Shown one piece after another: positions 61,581-64,000 of a stretch of 64,000 nucleotides of DNA; positions within the stretch are counted from its first letter, which is position 1; each line of letters opens with the position of its first letter. Location of the stretch: the NCBI GenBank assembly GCA_050952645.1, contig JBMNLI010000017.1, forward strand, positions 96,001 through 160,000, written 5' to 3'. The notes below the pieces were generated by a model. That model had not been told where the DNA came from and ran no database searches. It saw nothing but the letters and a program-made list of their open reading frames with translations. Made by a program: the position numbers and the translations under genes. This DNA is from Bdellovibrionota bacterium (GTDB lineage Bacteria; Bdellovibrionota_C; UBA2361; CAKMMH01).

Positions 61581-63020
61581 ATGAAAAAAAATAATTTTAT
61601 ATCGTTCATATTTTTAATGTTAGTAGTAGCTATGATTGCCCTGCCAAACTTTACTCCTAATGGGGCGACAAAACTCAATATTAAAAACCAAAAATTCTTA
61701 CCTACTACTTTCCCTTGGTCAGCCGAACGAAATGAGTTATCGCTCGTTAATTGCACCAACTACTCCCCCGATACTTATTCTACTATAAATATTACTTACA
61801 ATGGAGTAAATAGAGGGAAAAACTTAGAAAGAAAAAATTTAGAAAGAAAAAATTTAAAAAGAAAAACGACAGAAGAAATAAGTATAGCACCAAAAGAAAC
61901 GAAAACTTTTTTCACAAATGAATTAGAAAGCTTTAATAAGTTAAATAGTAAAAAAGGAACCATCTCCATAGATAGCAAAACCGATAATGTGTGCTGTTAT
62001 ATAAATTATTATACTTACGATGATAATGATAACATTAACAGTGTTTCATTTTTTACTAATAGCAATATTATCGTAGGAAATTCTTACTTTATAAATAATA
62101 AAAAATTATTTAATAAAAAAATCAAATCTATAAATTTGTATATTCATAATATTTCAAATGAAAATTTTAATGCAAATATTAAATCTTACTCTAAAAATGG
62201 AAGACTAAAAAAAATTTTTGAATTAAAAAATTTAAAACCTAATGAAACTAAAGTGTTTCGCCTAAAAGGTAAAAATAATATTACATACCATATTTTGCCG
62301 AATAAAAATGTCGATAAAAATAGTAAAAAAGTAGAATATATCGCATATATAAAGGTATTTTTTGAAGATGAAACTATTTTAATTAAACCTACAGAAAGTT
62401 TCGATTCGTCAAATATAGAAAGACTAAAGAATACTGTTATTCTCTCAAACACTAGTGAAAAGAAAATAAATGTATCGGCTACTATTTACTCTAATTTTTC
62501 AAAATATTCTACAAAAAATATTTTGCTTAAACCCTACTCACAAAAAACTCTTAATTTTAAAAAAGATATAAAAAACATTAAAAATCCTTATATTAAATTT
62601 ACGGAGCCCTCAAATAGCGTAGTGGCATTTTATAAGTATAAAGGCAAAACTTTTCCTTTCACATCTAAAGAAAGCTTATCTAGCAACGATATTATCCTTG
62701 GCTACAATCTATCATTAGGCGAGAGAGGCACATTAAGTTTAACAAATAGTGAAGATATAGAGGCTAAAGTAAATATTCATATAAATGGAGAACACGTAAA
62801 AAAACTAACCTTATCTCCTTTTTCACAGAGGCTAGTTAAATTAAATAAGCTATTAAATAGAAAAAACTTAATAGGCTACATCTATATTAGTAGCGATAAG
62901 AAAGTTAGTGCTAAACTAAATAACACTATCGGAAAAAAGATATCGTACACACACAAAGGACTAGCTATAAAAGATAGAACATTTAGTGGAATTGAGAAGC
63001 CAGAATATATAATAAAATAA
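61581..63020 (+). CDS. Hypothetical exported basic protein
   Basis: Signal peptide; repeated L.N.S....V......L.P.S beta-sandwich-like units. Confidence 0.72.
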   Translation: MKKNNFISFIFLMLVVAMIALPNFTPNGATKLNIKNQKFLPTTFPWSAERNELSLVNCTNYSPDTYSTINITYNGVNRGKNLERKNLERKNLKRKTTEEISIAPKETKTFFTNELESFNKLNSKKGTISIDSKTDNVCCYINYYTYDDNDNINSVSFFTNSNIIVGNSYFINNKKLFNKKIKSINLYIHNISNENFNANIKSYSKNGRLKKIFELKNLKPNETKVFRLKGKNNITYHILPNKNVDKNSKKVEYIAYIKVFFEDETILIKPTESFDSSNIERLKNTVILSNTSEKKINVSATIYSNFSKYSTKNILLKPYSQKTLNFKKDIKNIKNPYIKFTEPSNSVVAFYKYKGKTFPFTSKESLSSNDIILGYNLSLGERGTLSLTNSEDIEAKVNIHINGEHVKKLTLSPFSQRLVKLNKLLNRKNLIGYIYISSDKKVSAKLNNTIGKKISYTHKGLAIKDRTFSGIEKPEYIIK

Positions 63021-63156
63021 GATTTTTATATATTCTCTTTCATAAATTCTTTGACTAGCAAACGCACTTTTATAATTATTCTTATAACATTTATAATATA
63101 ATTATCCTAGGTTTAGGATATATTTATTCTAGCACTCTACTTTTATTTTTATTTTT

Positions 63157-64000
63157 TTATTCAATCCTACTTTTACACGGGTCGCTTATATTCCAGCATT
63201 GCCACTGCGAGCCGACTTTACACTTTAAAACTGACGGTCTATAAAATGAGGTGCAAAAAGAGTTTGCTCTCCAATGTTGTCTTAATACGCCAGCATGCGG
63301 ATTAGCAAACCCAGCATTTCGCATACTTTCAGAGCGTGAATTATTCCCTGCTACGACATAACAAATAGATGCTTTCGTGTGTATAGGAAGAAGCGCAACA
63401 GACTTTCCATCACTTTCACTCCTACCTTTCCATAAAAAGCCATTTCCTACCCCTCTAGTAATATCACAAGAAACACGATTTACATTATCATTAGGACTTT
63501 TGTTATTATTATCGTTATTATTATTATTATTGCTAGATGCAGTAATCGTAAAATCATTAATATCTCTAGCAAAGCTTCCTTTTCTTATATTATCGGGAGT
63601 GTTAATTGATAAAATAAACGTGGTATCTTTATTAGTAGTTAAGTTATATTTATATACATTGTCGTCTACTCCCATGTATATAAAACCTACCCCATCTTGA
63701 AAATAACCTCTATTTATCGCAAATTTTCTATCTATTTTCTTTATATTTCTTGGAATAATATATCTAGTCGTTTCGATATTTTTCAAACTTAACTTATTTA
63801 AAAATACTAAAAAAGAATAGTCGTTAGCTTTTCTTACATATCCTATCTCATTTTTCCTATCACCATTTATATCGTGTGCTATTATGCTTCCTTGAACCTT
63901 ATCTCCAAAAGACACGTTTCTTATAAGCACTATAGACCTACTAGTTACTACATCATAGCCCCAAACATTTTTTTGAATTTTCCCATTTAAAAGACCTATG
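63157..64000 (-). CDS. Hypothetical extracellular protein, C-terminal part (start beyond window)
   Basis: Frame open to the window end; DINGDRKNEI FG-GAP-like motif, Asn linker, Cys-containing C-terminal domain. Confidence 0.72.
   Translation of the reverse strand, partial: IGLLNGKIQKNVWGYDVVTSRSIVLIRNVSFGDKVQGSIIAHDINGDRKNEIGYVRKANDYSFLVFLNKLSLKNIETTRYIIPRNIKKIDRKFAINRGYFQDGVGFIYMGVDDNVYKYNLTTNKDTTFILSINTPDNIRKGSFARDINDFTITASSNNNNNNDNNNKSPNDNVNRVSCDITRGVGNGFLWKGRSESDGKSVALLPIHTKASICYVVAGNNSRSESMRNAGFANPHAGVLRQHWRANSFCTSFYRPSVLKCKVGSQWQCWNISDPCKSRIE

Overview
AT-rich (roughly 30% GC by eye) chromosome segment of a Gram-negative, deltaproteobacteria-like bacterium; a Bdellovibrionota-type lineage is an inference from gene content. 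The backbone is housekeeping and envelope genes: rlmE, mlaEFDC, pilD, pcrA/uvrD, ispG, ligA, typA, nuoHIJK, trmL, dtd, mtnN, lpdA, lolC/E-lolD-bamA, map and skp-fabZ-lpxA-lpxI. A large non-coding mobilome lies over it. (1) A ~215-235 bp MITE family with GGTTCTTCACGTTTT-type terminal inverted repeats and 8-bp target duplications occurs several times. (2) A class C-like group II intron (20440-22332, minus strand) is inserted to the nucleotide at the base of that MITE's internal hairpin; empty MITE copies in the window confirm the junction. (3) An internally deleted IS1634-like element carries a nested multi-hairpin IS200/IS605-like element and shares ends with a second MITE family. Two large Cys-rich surface-protein genes stand out: a frameshifted TadE-like pilin fused to a ~450-aa poly-Ser stalk and a Cys-rich tip, and a secreted protein with an (AACC)n phase-variation tract plus three 168-bp repeats. 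Short 10-15 bp tandem duplications occur throughout, in frame within genes. No rRNA, tRNA or CRISPR array was seen.
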